Source: the human T2T-CHM13v2.0 reference genome, Homo sapiens. From it: a DNA stretch of 64,000 bases. This document shows, in pieces, positions 43,027 through 56,408 of this stretch (position 1 is its first letter; every line of letters begins with the position of its first letter). The DNA is taken from NCBI RefSeq assembly GCF_009914755.1, contig NC_060937.1. One strand, written 5' to 3'. The notes below the pieces were generated by a model, which did not search any database, had not been told where the DNA came from, and saw nothing but the letters and a program-made list of their open reading frames with translations. The position numbers and the translations under genes are program-made.

Positions 43027-43237
43027 AGGAGTTCTCAACCTTGGCATTATTGACATGTTAGGCCAAATAATTTTTTTTGTGGGAGGTCTCTTGTGCGTTT
43101 TAGATGATTAGCAATAATCCCTGACCTGTTATCTACTAAAGACTAGTCGTTTCTCATCAGTTGTGACAACAAAAATGGTTCCAGATATTGCCAAATGCCC
43201 TTTAGAGGACAGTAATCGCCCCCAGTTGAGAACCATT
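43027..43237. mobile_element. MER20 (hAT-Charlie) in the 3' UTR
   Basis: gttctcaaccttggca...cagttgtgacaac..aaa..g.tccagatattgccaaatg...ccagttgagaacca. Confidence 0.88.
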
Positions 43238-43389
43238 TCAGTAAAACTTTAATTACTATTTTTTCTTTTGGTTTATAAAATAATGATCCTGAATTAAATT
43301 GATGGAACCTTGAAGTCGATAAAATATATTTCTTGCTTTAAAGTCCCCATACGTGTCCTACTAATTTTCTCATGCTTTAGTGTTTTCAC

Positions 43390-45199
43390 TTTTCTCCTGT
43401 TATCCTTGTACCTAAGAATGCCATCCCAATCCCCAGATGTCCACCTGCCCAAAGTCTAGGCATAGCTGAAGGCCAAGCTAAAATGTATCCCTCTTTTTCT
43501 GGTACATGCAGCAAAAGTAATATGAATTATCAGCTTTCTGAGAGCAGGCATTGTATCTGTCTTGTTTGGTGTTACATTGGCACCCAATAAATATTTGTTG
43601 AGTGAATGAATAAATTCCCATAGCACTTTATTCTTCACATGGTACATAACTATAGGGGCTATAGCTTGGTACCTTGTGAAGCAACTCTTGGTGTAACATA
43701 CCTTATTTCTCATACTAAAATGCAAGAACCTTTAGAGCAAGGATCTTGCCATTCATCTTTGTAACCTCTTTACTCTGGAGCACTTGCATTTAGCAGGCAT
43801 CATAAAGTTTTACGTACCAAGAAAATGTTGCTGTTTTCTGAATACTATGCATCAAAAAATGTTACCACTAATTTTTAAAGCTCTGCTAAGGAATATTGGG
43901 GCACCCTCAGATGCACCTTTTAATTGATGTCATATTTTCCTAATCCATACTTTATTCATGAGAATTTGAGTCACCCCAGCATTAGCTTGGAATTTCCTTA
44001 TTTCCCATTTGCTTTGCAGGTGCCTTGGAGTCAGATCTGGTTTTGAATACTATCTTCCTGTTATGTGATCTTGGGCAGTTACTTAATTTTCTAGTCAATA
44101 ACCCGTATCTATAAAATAGAGAAAATAATCCTACACACCGGGGCCTGTTGTGGGGCGGGGAGAGGGGGGAGGGATCGCATTTGGAGATATACTAATGTAA
44201 ATGACAAGTTAATTGGTGCAGCACACCAACATGGCTCATGTCTACATATGTAACAAACCTGCACGTTGTGCACATGTGCCCTAGAACTTAAAGTATAATA
44301 AAAAGAAATTTTAAAAAATCCTGTCAAATAAGGTTATAGTAGAGAATAAGGATGTGTAAAGCATTTAGTCACGTAAATGCTTAAAAAAATGTAATTTTTA
44401 CTTCTTTCACTGCCTCATTTAATTAGTTTTATCTTTAATAATACCTTGGATTCAGGGTAAAGTTTCAGTTATGTCCCAGTAATCATTTATTTTACCCTCG
44501 AATCTGCAATTTGGATAGAACATGGTGGGGACAGCTCGTCTCTATTCCTTGCAGCATTAACAGGCTGGAGGCACCACTTCTCTGGCCAGCAAGTTGGGCC
44601 TGGTTGTTGGCTGAGAGCCTCAGTTCCTTTCTGCACAGGTTCCTCTTTACATAGGCTTCTCAACAGGGCTACTAGAGCATCGTCACCATAGCAGCTGTCT
44701 TATAACAGAGAGTGGTCGGTCTGAGAGACAAAAAATGGAAGCTGCCAAATTGTTCTGGGTCTGGAAACTGTCAGGGCATCACTTGTGCCATATTCAGTTG
44801 GCCTAAGAATTACAGAGCCTGCCTCGATTCAAAGGGAGAGGATAGAGAGGACTGAAGGAATCAGTGCTCATCTTTAATATGCAGCAGGACAGGTTTGGGA
44901 TTTTTTTTCCCCCTTGAGTCTGTGAAGGCATTACTTAAGAACAAAGTCAGGCATGTATAATTGAACTACAGTTACTTGAAATATAAGCCCAGAAAGTTTC
45001 AGATAATAAATACAACTATTTTTCTGCTGTTACCCTTGTACCTAAAGATGCCATCCTAATCCCCAGATCTCCACAACTATACCTACATAGTAGAAGGTTA
45101 AAATGTATCCCTCTTTTTCTGGTGCATCCAGCAAAAGTAATATCATGAATTATGAGCTCTCTGAGAGCAAGGATCATATCAGTCTTGTTTATTGTTGCA
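43390..45199 (+). repeat. Diverged direct repeat pair, 43390-43576 and 45019-45199
   Basis: Shared blocks ccttgtaccta, atgccatcc.aatccccagat, taaaatgtatccctctttttctggt, cagcaaaagtaatat. Confidence 0.88.
44134..44312 (+). mobile_element. Short L1PA 3' end (sense) inserted in a MIR in the 3' UTR
   Basis: cacaccggggcctgttgtgggg...gtaacaaacctgcacgttgtgcacatgt.ccctagaacttaaagtataataaa; TSD-like aaaa(t)aatcct. Confidence 0.92.
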
Positions 45200-48100
45200 G
45201 TGAACAAGTACAGTTGCAGATATTCAGGAGTAATTATCTAAATGGCAGTAGGCTTATAAAACTGAATTTTCACCAGCCACACCCTCCCCCCAACTCCTTA
45301 TCTGTAAAAAGCTTATTTGAGTGGTTACCTGTCTTCAGTAAAGATTGCGCTTGCATATTTGCTGTCATTGCATATTCTGCTTAATTAAGCTCTGTTGATA
45401 TTGCAGTTTCTGTGCATACTTACATCTTAGATGCAATCTGAGGGCCTAGGAAGGCCTTTTAAAAATAAAACAATTCCGATTGCAGAGAAAGTGTAAGTCA
45501 AGGACAGTTAATTCAAGGGGAACATAGAAAGCTATTTAGATTTTAGTTGATGGTGCCAGTCTTCAGCGTAAAGTCAAAAGTGGAGGGAAGTTTAGTAAGG
45601 AAAAAATGTTGGGCTTGGAATACATTGTTTAGTCTTCAAAGCACTTTACTTTTTATGAAATATATTTTAGACATTCAGCAAATATTGAATACTTACTATA
45701 TCAGGCAGTAAAGATATAAATTCATTCTTAAAATGTGCAACATGTTCAAACTGAAAAAAATACATTCTTAAACAGGAAACTTTTTCCTTCATACTTTTTA
45801 ATTAACAAGACATATAAGAGTTGCATTAATGGGCGTGCTTATGATTGATCACCCAGCAGCATCATTAGAAATAATATATTTTATTCATGTGCAGAAATCT
45901 TTTGGTTGTCCTGGGGAACCTTGAACACAGAAAAGAGCTTTTATTGATAAGGTAATTGAACACACTTGACAATTAGCTTAATATGGTTTAATACCATTTG
46001 TGGGAGAAGATGAATCAGCCAGGCTCTTTACGTCAAGAATATGAAGTTTCTCTTGAGTCAACCAACTTAAGATGAGCTACGGAGACTGCAGTGAAAAGTT
46101 AAATATCCAAGTACACCAGCCAATTTCACACAGTGGAACCATGCTGTCCTCGGGCACCCTGCACCTCGCCCAACAGTCATCAACTAGATGGAGGCTCCTG
46201 GCTGCAAGGAGGATTTGATGGGAATGAGTAAATGTGTCAGCATAGTCCGTCCCTTCTAATGGAAAAGCAACCCAAAGAGCAAATCCTATTAATGGCTGGA
46301 TCAGTATCATCTACTTGTCAAAAACATTCCATGAATTATGAGTCAAAATTTTATTTATGGTGGCATTACACACATTAAGAGATGAGGACTTCTGTTAGCA
46401 TAATTTATTAGCTGGAAAAGTTGAGAAGGTTCTCTGGACTCATTTTTATAGGTGGAACCTAAGTGATCTGGATAATTGCCCACCAGCAAAATTGCTGGGC
46501 ATGGTGGACAAAGAAAATGTTCCTTCTAATGATTTTTTATGAGCTGAGTAGCTATTGTTCCCAGCTGAGTGCTCTTTTCCTCTTTTTATTGTTGCTGAGC
46601 AAAAGAATTTATAAAAAGCTCTTTCTTTTGTATTAAAAACCCTGCTCAATTGAAATGCAAGTTCATTAAGTAATCTTCATTTCTCTTCCTGCCATAATAA
46701 CCCTTTCCCTCTCTGTTCGATTCAACAGTATCTAGCAGCACTGCTCCAAATTTTAAGTCTGAACAGACTATATTACATAGATGTAGAGAAATACTCAATC
46801 TTCAGCATTAAGAGGGAGCTTAATTTCACACGGGTGGAATATGATCACTCAGGCTAGATGTTGGCCATAAATTTCAAATTAGTATCTCAACTTAGCAGGG
46901 GGGATCAACAGTGGCAAACTTCAATTATGACAGGATAAAAATCACATAGAGATATTGGTTCAATATGGACATCTAAACTATAATGCTAAAAGCCAATAAT
47001 TAGAATAAGTTCATTTTAAGAAAAGCATTAATAATATTAGCTAACGTTTAGTACCTGTGCCAAACATTCTACCTATGTTACCTTGATTTTCATAGCCAGC
47101 CTAAGAGGTACTATTATGTATCCCCATTTTACAGGTTAAGAAACAGGCTCAGAGGAGTTTAGGATCTTTTCCAAGATTACATAGCCAGTAAGTGGTGGCA
47201 CTAGGAACCAAATTCAGACTCTGAATCGCATGCTGTTTATATTATATTGCACTCATTCTAAATATGTGGGAATCAGAATGAAGGGGCTTGTATGACTTTT
47301 GGCTCATTTTTTGATGCATGTGACCTGGGATTATAAATGTGAAATTAGGTTTACGAAAGGATCCAGTGTCATTGTGCATCATGGGCAAGGAGTACCTAAT
47401 CTCTTTAATTCTTCCCTGGAAGCTTACGATGTCCATCCAAGTGCACATAGCAAAAGTTCTGTTGTAAAGTTTAGCAGAGTGACTTTCTTTGACTCAGAGT
47501 GATGACGGAGGAAGCTTTGATAAGATTTTATCTGAAATGTTCATGGACAAGAGCTTTCAAGGAGAACATCCAGAGCAAGGTTCTGAAGACAGCTCATGAA
47601 GGTGAAGCAGCAGACCTGGCACAAGAAATGAAGAGAGAGCTCAGTGTATTAAAGATGAAAACAAGAAAACCGAATATATTGAAAGGAGCAGAGAGGCAAT
47701 GAAAACAAGACAACTGAAATGAGGTAACTTGCAGCAATTGAAAGGGAATTTCAGTACTTTTATAGAATTCTTAAAAATTGTTTCCTGCTGTTTATTTTCA
47801 ATTTTGAACAGGGTTATTTGTCCATGCCATACTTTTTTTGCCAAATTCCAAAATTGTGTATAGTTCTATAGTTGTCTGGTGGAGTCAATGGAACTTTAGT
47901 TACCAGTCTAAGAATGTGTCTTTGAGATTGTCCAGTTAATTCTCTATTTCCAGTAGCTGTAATAAATGGTGAAAAGGTTTCTGACTCCTGGAGAAAGTTT
48001 CTAACTCCTTATGACTAATATTCATAACAGACTTGTGAGTTCCTTGAACATGGATACACCTATATGCAAGAGTGTATTCCAAAGCTAACTCAGTGATCTT

Positions 48101-48531
48101 TCCATTTATCTATTCTTGGATTAGTGGTGCCTTTGCTCTTTCCTTCTGTAAATGTGAATAGTTAAGAGTTGACTGCAGAAGTGTTTACACTTTGGCTTCC
48201 ATGCCTCTGGAATGTTTGTGCTTTGGTGGTGAGATGTGAGACTATATTTGTATAGTCTGCATCTCTCAGGCTGCCCCAGAATGTTGTACAGTGCAGTGCT
48301 GAAGAAAGCAGCAGGTACACACAGAAATGCAGCCTTTCCTGGTTAACCCTGCTTGGATCTGAGTTACACTTTGTTTCCTGACTTCTTGGGACTTAGGTAA
48401 TCAGTTTGCCTTCTACTCTATCTCATTTTGTACTCGCTTACATACTACATTCTTGTTTGGGCTTTCGTTTCTTCTTGTAAGCAGAGATTTTTTAAAATCC
48501 AATATGTGAAAATACGGATGCACTACAATTA

Positions 48532-48632
48532 AATAAATAAAATGCTGTTGTGTTTGTTTTGCTTTAAAATTGTAAAGGATAAACAATAAGATAGTTTTAT
48601 CTATGTGGTTTTCCCGATGCAGTTAAAATAAA
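48532..48632 (+). terminator. Distal polyadenylation signal cluster
   Basis: Overlapping AATAAATAAA at 48532-48541 followed by a GT-rich tract, and AATAAA at 48627-48632 followed by tttttctgttgt. Confidence 0.55.
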
Positions 48633-49920
48633 ACCTAATCTGCTAAAATTGAATTTACACTCAATTTTTCTGTTGTATAATTCTTGAAGAACACCTCATG
48701 TGTTGTACAACTTCATCTACATTGTGAACTCTTTTATTTATTGAAAGTCTATCTTAGTCTTTCACTTTTTCTACACTTCCCTTTACTTCCTCATGAGATG
48801 CTCAGCCCAGTTGTCCCTCAGGACACAGTATCGATTGGTTCACTTTTAAAAGCAACTGTTAGAAACCCAAATCATAGACATGTGAATTTTCTCAGAAGCC
48901 ATTATTGAAACTTGGATTTTTACCTCTCATACCAAAATAAAGAAGGGAAAAAATAGAAATCAGCCCAACAATACTTTTAAATTGATTTTTATATTTATGT
49001 TGTAATGCAAATACCAAAGAAAAGTGCCTAGTTCCTTGGTTTATTTACTTATATCTTGCCTCTGTTATCTTCATATCAATTTTTGGCCTTAGCACTTTTG
49101 ACTGCATAAAGAACTCTAAACATAGGCAATGGTAATAGAAATGCTGACACATCTGAACTGTCAGGCCCAGAATATATTATTGAATATGACTGCACAAATG
49201 CCTGGAACCTATACTTAGCGTAAAGAATAAGGCTGCTGTTTTCAACTTCCAACAGGAGGAGAGTACAGACATATGTGCCCTCTGTTTCCCCTCTCTGGCT
49301 CTTTCATTGTCTTTCCCCTATGTGTGCATGCAGGCAGGCACACATACAAACACATCCTGCCCCATGAAGTGGTCACATCTTAATATCTACTAAGGCCAGT
49401 TAGACATTCTGTGGGCCGAGTGTATGTTGCAGTTGCTTAACTGGCCTAAAGGTCTCATGATATCATGGGCACTATCGAGTGATGTTTCCAAATCTGTAGA
49501 AGGAGGAGGACTGGTAGTGTTGGGCTTGCATAACATAAAGGGCCTGTCTACCATAAAACAGGAGCTTGGATTTGTTTTTTTCAGGAGATGAATATGTTTT
49601 TCACAGCAGTCTAGTGAATTAAGAACAATACACAGAATCCCACAGCGAGCGTGTTCTATTTGAATCTGTTGATGGGATTTATGTATGGAACAACAATTTT
49701 CTGTATAGACATAATTGAATACATATTACCATGATCTGAAACCATGCAAGAATATGTATGGTGTGTGGGAAACCTGAAGACAGATACAACTGATGAAATT
49801 ATTAGTTTACATTTTTTATTCAAAATATTTGTGAAGCAGCTATTCCCTACATATGCTCTATGTAGAAATGCAGAGACAAGTAGATGATTATAATGTGTCA
49901 CCATCTCTTTTTTGGACTGA

Positions 49921-50058
49921 TTTTTTTTTTTTAAAGACGGAGTTTTGCTCTTGTTGACCAGGCTGGAGGGCAATGGCACAGTCTTGGCTCACCGCAACCA
50001 CCGCCTCCTGGGTTCAAGCGATTCTCCTGCCTCAGCCTCTCGAGTAGCTGGGATTACA
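49921..50058 (-). mobile_element. 5'-truncated Alu (right arm only)
   Basis: Flanked by tggactga(t/a)tttt on both sides. Confidence 0.88.
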
Positions 50059-53000
50059 TGGACTGAATTTTTAATAGAGCAGGAATGCCAAAAGGGAAGT
50101 CCCTCAGATCTGGTGTGTGGCTCAATAATGCGCTCAGTTCCATGCAGCTTCTTCCCTTAGGGCTCTGAGTAAAGTCTCTGGTGCCAGAAGGTATGAGGGT
50201 CTCTTGTATTTAATAATATCAAGGGAGTACAGTGTTTTCCCTCAAAGCCTGGCCAGCAGTTACTCCTGGAGAAAGAAGAACAATCTGGTTGACAAATGTG
50301 TCACCCATGTAAACTCACCAGAAATATCTAGAGCCATGAACACCTAGTGGGGTCAGCAATAGGTCAGGCAGTAATTGCTCAGTGCCTCGTTCGCTAGCAG
50401 CAGTGGGAACTGCTGTAGTGTAAATTGGTTTTAGGGGCCAAATTGATCAACCAAAAGAGGCTTAGAGATTTTTGGTGTTTGAGTTACTGACGAGGGTTCC
50501 AACTTTCTGGATCACGTGATGAAATGCATGGCAGTTGACTCTGCTATCCTCTAGGTTTTGTGTCTCCCTTCCAACCCCCATCAGCAACCGTTTCTTGTTC
50601 TTGAGGCTGCTTAGCCTAAGAACTTTTGGTCTTTGCTGTCTGGGAGTTACAAATCCACAATGGCAGTGAAAGCTTTTCTTTCTCCCTCATCCTTTGTCCT
50701 TTCCTACTTTTGGCCTTTTTTTGCTTTTGCACCAGTTACACTTGTGTCCATCTGCTAGACACCCACAGCATCAGGGTGCTTGGGCGTGGTTCCTGCTGGG
50801 CAGTTGAGGAGCTCTGGGTCCACGACCCAGCTCTCCAAGCCGCCTCACCTTGCTTTCCCCTTCTGAAATACCACTCACCTACCTGCCCACAGAGGGAGAC
50901 AGTGAGACTAACGAGAAGGGCATAGGGAGTAATGAGAAGAAATGCACAGCGTGTTCTGGACTCCTCGAAGAGAAGTGTTTGTTCAAGGCATTATTAATAT
51001 TTTTGCAAGGCACAGTAACATTGATTTTTTCATCCAAGAACCATTTCGCATTTGCACAGAGTAGTCACTAGAGTGTTGAACCATTTTCTTTTATACATGG
51101 AGGAAGTGGCTCATCCTCGGCCTAAGAGCACCAAATTTGAGTTGGCATTTTTTATTTCCAGTTCCAGGCATGAATCTTTGCTCCATTTTGCAGGTAGCTG
51201 GAAAATCTTCTGTTTGTTTAAATCCACGTTGGGTAATACTGCATCATTTTAAGTTTTCTATCTGGAGCCCGGTACAGGAATTCACCAATGCCAAGCACGG
51301 ACTCTGTGCATAGATGCCTTGTATAGGCTCCAAGCTGCAAGCCTCCCACACTGATGGATTTAAATTTTTATTTTACATCCCAGCCAATCAGGTGTCTGAC
51401 TATAACTTGAAGCCAATTAGTATTTTTCACAGAGCCAGGTGCAAAGCTGCCAGGTAACATCTGCAAGTGACTTGCATTGCTCTAATGGGATCTGCATATG
51501 TTCAGCTCTGTATGAAGATGTTTTTCACTTGACATGAAGTCATCTTTGGTCTTGTTCTCCCTCGACTCCATTAAGCAGACACACCTACGTGTGTGGCCAA
51601 TTTGATCCACTTTCAAAGGAGGATGGTGCCTAGTGTTTCTTTTCATGATCTATTATTTATGCTGATGCCTCTTGGAAAACTGTATCTACCCATCCAAAGT
51701 GCTTTGAGAGGGGAGGGGAAGGGGTGTGGCAACACATCTCTCAGTTACTATCAAGGCATTTTCTGATAATACGTGGCCCAACCTAAATTATCCAATAAAG
51801 ATTTACTTGAGGACTTTGTAAATTTCTTTTAAAAAATATATCTGATGGAGGCAATTTTTTTCTCAAAGAACATACCTGAGTTCCTTTAACTTTGAGGAAC
51901 AAAGACGTGGGTTCTAGTCTCCTAGTTTGCAGCTGATGAGCTATGTGGCTCTAGGCAGGACAGCCTTTGCTGAGCCACTTGCATAGGTGCTCACTGATGG
52001 CCATAGGACCTGTAGAAGGAGCACACCTTTCCGAGTCACACTGACCTCAGTTTGAATCCCTGACCCTCTCTGTTGGCACAGTCATCTTGTGGAAGTTTTG
52101 TGACCTCTCTTTTGGTTTCCTGACCCATGAAATGGGTATAATAATACATACCTCAGAGGGTTATTTGGAGAGTTTAATGCTTTCATATAGACATGCCTGC
52201 TTAGTGCCTGTACATGATAGCTTTTCAAAAACTGCTCATCTTCACAGCCTGTCTTTTTTACTCCACTGCTTTTATTTTATTTCAAGTACTATACAAATAT
52301 TCCAAGTGGATTTTTAAAAGAATGGATAACTACCAGTATTTCCAACATCCTAACCTCAACTATATTCTTTTTTTCTGGGGTCTCTTCTAGTACATATTCA
52401 CATAAAGCCTTAGGAATTGATCTTATAGGAAATGCCTGTAGGCAAATATGCTCATCTCTAGACTGGAAATTGAACCAAAGTATTTTACAACGACACTGTG
52501 GCTAAATAAGAAAACGTGTTTAACAGCTGAAAACGTCATCCAAGAGCATTTAGAGGAAAAAAGAAACAGTCCTTTGGCCAGGATTATGGCAAAGCAAGGT
52601 ATGATAATATTAACGGCTGTTAATTACTAAGTGCCTGATATTTGTGCCAAACATTCTTTATATTATTTCTTTCATCCTTATAGCACCCACTTAGCTATGC
52701 ATCTCTTTTCAAATAATGTTTTCAAATGCATAACAAAAAAAAATTTCACAGGAAACCAATTAGTTTAAAACAACATTTTTTATAAAATTGAAAAACATTT
52801 GTGATATAGTAACGTATGTGCCTCATTATTAATGCATTAAATTTCAAGATTTATTTCACAAAGAAGGGGTTCAAGAGCATAAGTACTTTTCATAGAACCA
52901 CATGGTCAGGAAGGCTTCTGCTCCCAGGTCTTCTACCTGCATAGTCTGTCCTCTTACCCCCTTATCCTGCTGCCTGAAGACACTTAGGGAGCTTAAGACT

Positions 53001-54254
53001 CTTAGCCTAAGTTCCTGAAAACTTCTCTCCTGGCTTAAAGTGAATGCTGGGTAATTTATTTAGTCTGCTCGGGGTAGTCATTCATTCCAACATGATTGTA
53101 GTCCAAGGACCTCCCTTCCTTTCAGAACATTTGTCACTTGTCATGTTGCATTTAGGACGCCAGAGGAGGCATCCAGTGAAATGAACAGGAGGCACTTTTG
53201 TGACAAATAGACTTCGGAAGCCAAAGCTGGAACTGGAAAAGACCTTGCAGATCTTCAATCCTCCTTAAGGTGCAGCCTGATGGATTTCCAGATCCGTGAC
53301 ATTTTTTAAACACTTGATCACAGCAAAAAGAATAAACACTGATTTAAAAGGAAGACGCCGGGCCTAGGTGTAAGAGAGAATGTTGCCATTTTTATGTCAT
53401 CTTCACAGGGAAATAGCAGATTTCATGAACTCAGACTTTGGAGAAAGGCTAATGTGGATTTAAATTCCAGGTCATATACTTACTTGTGTGGCTTTGGACA
53501 ATTTACTGTAAAATGGAGGTATATCACCTACTTCACAGGATTACTGTGAGAATGAAATAAAAGTGATGCGTGTAACACATTGACACTTGGCTGGCGCTCC
53601 GTAAATGTGTGCACAATACAATTCCTTTCACTAAACCAGTGATCCTCTGCTTTGCCTGTTTCTTAGAATCCCCTGTGTACCTTTTACAAGTTCTAATGCC
53701 CAGACAGCACCCCGGACCATCAGACTTTTTGGGGTGGGAGCCACGCAACAGTATTTCTCCATATCCAGCCAACGTTGAGCATCCCTGGACTAGATGCAGG
53801 CTGAGTGAGGCCCAGGCACAGAGGGCAGCCTGTCTGCAAGGGCTCTGCAGGAACACAGCTCAGGACGGCAGCAGGGGTCAGGGCCTGGGGCAGTGTGGAC
53901 CTCTCAGCTCACTCCAAGAGCTGCAGGCAGGACCATCCCCAGGGCGTAACTGAGGGCAAATCACTCTGAGGGCTTTTCTTCTGCCACAGCACTTTTATAC
54001 AAGCGAAACAGAAAAAAAGGGCAGCCTGGAGAAAGATTATGATCAAAGCAGGCAGCTTAAAGAGTGATGGTAAGGAAAGGGGAAAGGAGACAGCCAAACG
54101 GGGTGGTGAGAACCAGCCTGCACCCGCACATCTGACTGTGAAGGCTCTCTGACTTTCAGTGCAACTGTCCAAAGTGATCGTCTCTTTCACCCGCTCAGAA
54201 GTCAAGGACTGGGAGACTCATTATTTTGAATAGAGTTTCCCCGAATCATTATTG

Positions 54255-54426
54255 GGAAGTTCAAGTGTGGTCCCAGGATCAGCAGTGCAGCATCATCGGA
54301 GAGCTGGTCAGAAATGCAGAATCTCAGACCCTGCCACAGACCTGCTGAGTCAGAATCTCGAGTGGTGGAGCCTAGGAATACGCATTTTAACAAATTCACA
54401 AGTGAGCATGATTGAGAAGCACTGCT
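54255..54426. mobile_element. MER5A
   Basis: aagtgtggtccc..gatcagcag..gcatc...agaaatgcagaatctcag...gagaagcactg. Confidence 0.85.
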
Positions 54427-54619
54427 GTGTATAGTGAAAATAGAGCAAACTTTAGGGGCAAACAGCACTTTTGAGTTTGAGCCCTGGCTCTTTCACTTAC
54501 TGTGTGATCTTTGAAAGGTTGCTTAACTCCTCTGAACTCGTGTTTCCTCATTTGTAAATTGGGGATACAAAGATTTACCTTAATAATGGAGTCCAAGGAA
54601 ATTGTGAATGAAATAGAGG

Positions 54620-55325
<706 letters not shown>

Positions 55326-55999
55326 ACTTTCAAAAGCCCTCCCTGCCTGGAAAGTTGTTGTGATGATTTAGTGATGGAATCAAATGTGTCCAGCACTTTT
55401 TAGTGATTCAAATAACAGTGCCCTGATTGTCCTCCCCAACATTGTCACGTCTTGCTTTGTGCTAAGCCTGGGCCAAAGATTCTCTAGACTTTCCTGGGGG
55501 TGTGTGAGAATACACACTGTCTGGTCAACTTTCCCTGCAGGCATTTCTCTGGCTAATCCTGGTTTTATGGAATGAGAGCTGTTGTGTGTTGAGTGCCTGC
55601 TCTTTGCCAGATTGGTGAAGTATGCTGCCTTGAATCACATGGCCAGTTAAGTGGGAAAGCAGGTGGGTGGTCTCCATGCTGCCATGTATATTCCTGGGTG
55701 GAGCTAAGTCCAGATGTTGGCGGACAGACTAAGGACTCCTGCATCCTCCTAGTTCAAGAAGATGACAGAAGGGCTATCAGTGAAATCACTAAGCACCTAC
55801 AATCTCTTAGTTCTTGTACATTCAATAAGCATTAATTAAGCACTTACTATGTGCCTGGCCCTATGCTAGTCACTGGGATACGCAGCTGGATAGGCCGTGA
55901 GCCTTGGCTCTAAGAAGACTCTATGGGCCCTGGGAGCAGAGAAGGGTATCCCCTAAACCAGTGGGGCAGAGGTGGGGACTGAAACAAGGTTCCCCTGAG

Positions 56000-56408
56000 C
56001 AGGTGGTTAATTTGTCAAATTGGCTGGGCACTGTAATGCCCCGGTGTTTGGTCAAACATTATTCTGGATGTTTCTGTGGGGTGTTTTTGGATGAGATTAA
56101 CATTCTAATGGGAGGACTTTAAGTAAAGCAGATTGCCCGCCATAATGTGGGTGGGCCTTATCCAGTCAGTCAAAGACTTTCATAGGACAAATACTGACCT
56201 CCTCCAAGCAAGAAGGAATTCTGCCAGCAGACAGCCTTCCGACTTCAGCTGCAGCGTGACTTCTTCCCTGGGTCTCCAGCCTGGTGACCCACCTGGCAGA
56301 TTTTCAACTTTCCAGCCTCTATAACCTCCTGAGCAAATCTCTTAAAATGGATCTCCCCTTCTATCTGCACCTCCCATTGATTCTGTTTCTCTGGAGTGCC
56401 CTAATACA
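56000..56408 (+). mobile_element. ERVL LTR (MLT2-like)
   Basis: ggtcaaacattattctggatgtttctgtg...aagcagattgccc..cataatgtgggtgggc...ttctgtttctctggag..ctaataca. Confidence 0.85.

Larger units (their letters stand above)
41693..48657 (+). other. DNAJC15: DNAJC15 3' UTR (long form; 3' end approximate) with several candidate poly(A) sites
   Basis: Follows the stop codon. AATAAA at 41835, 43586, 44297, 48532/48536 and 48627. The distal end is inferred from the last signals and recollection of a long UTR. Confidence 0.6.
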
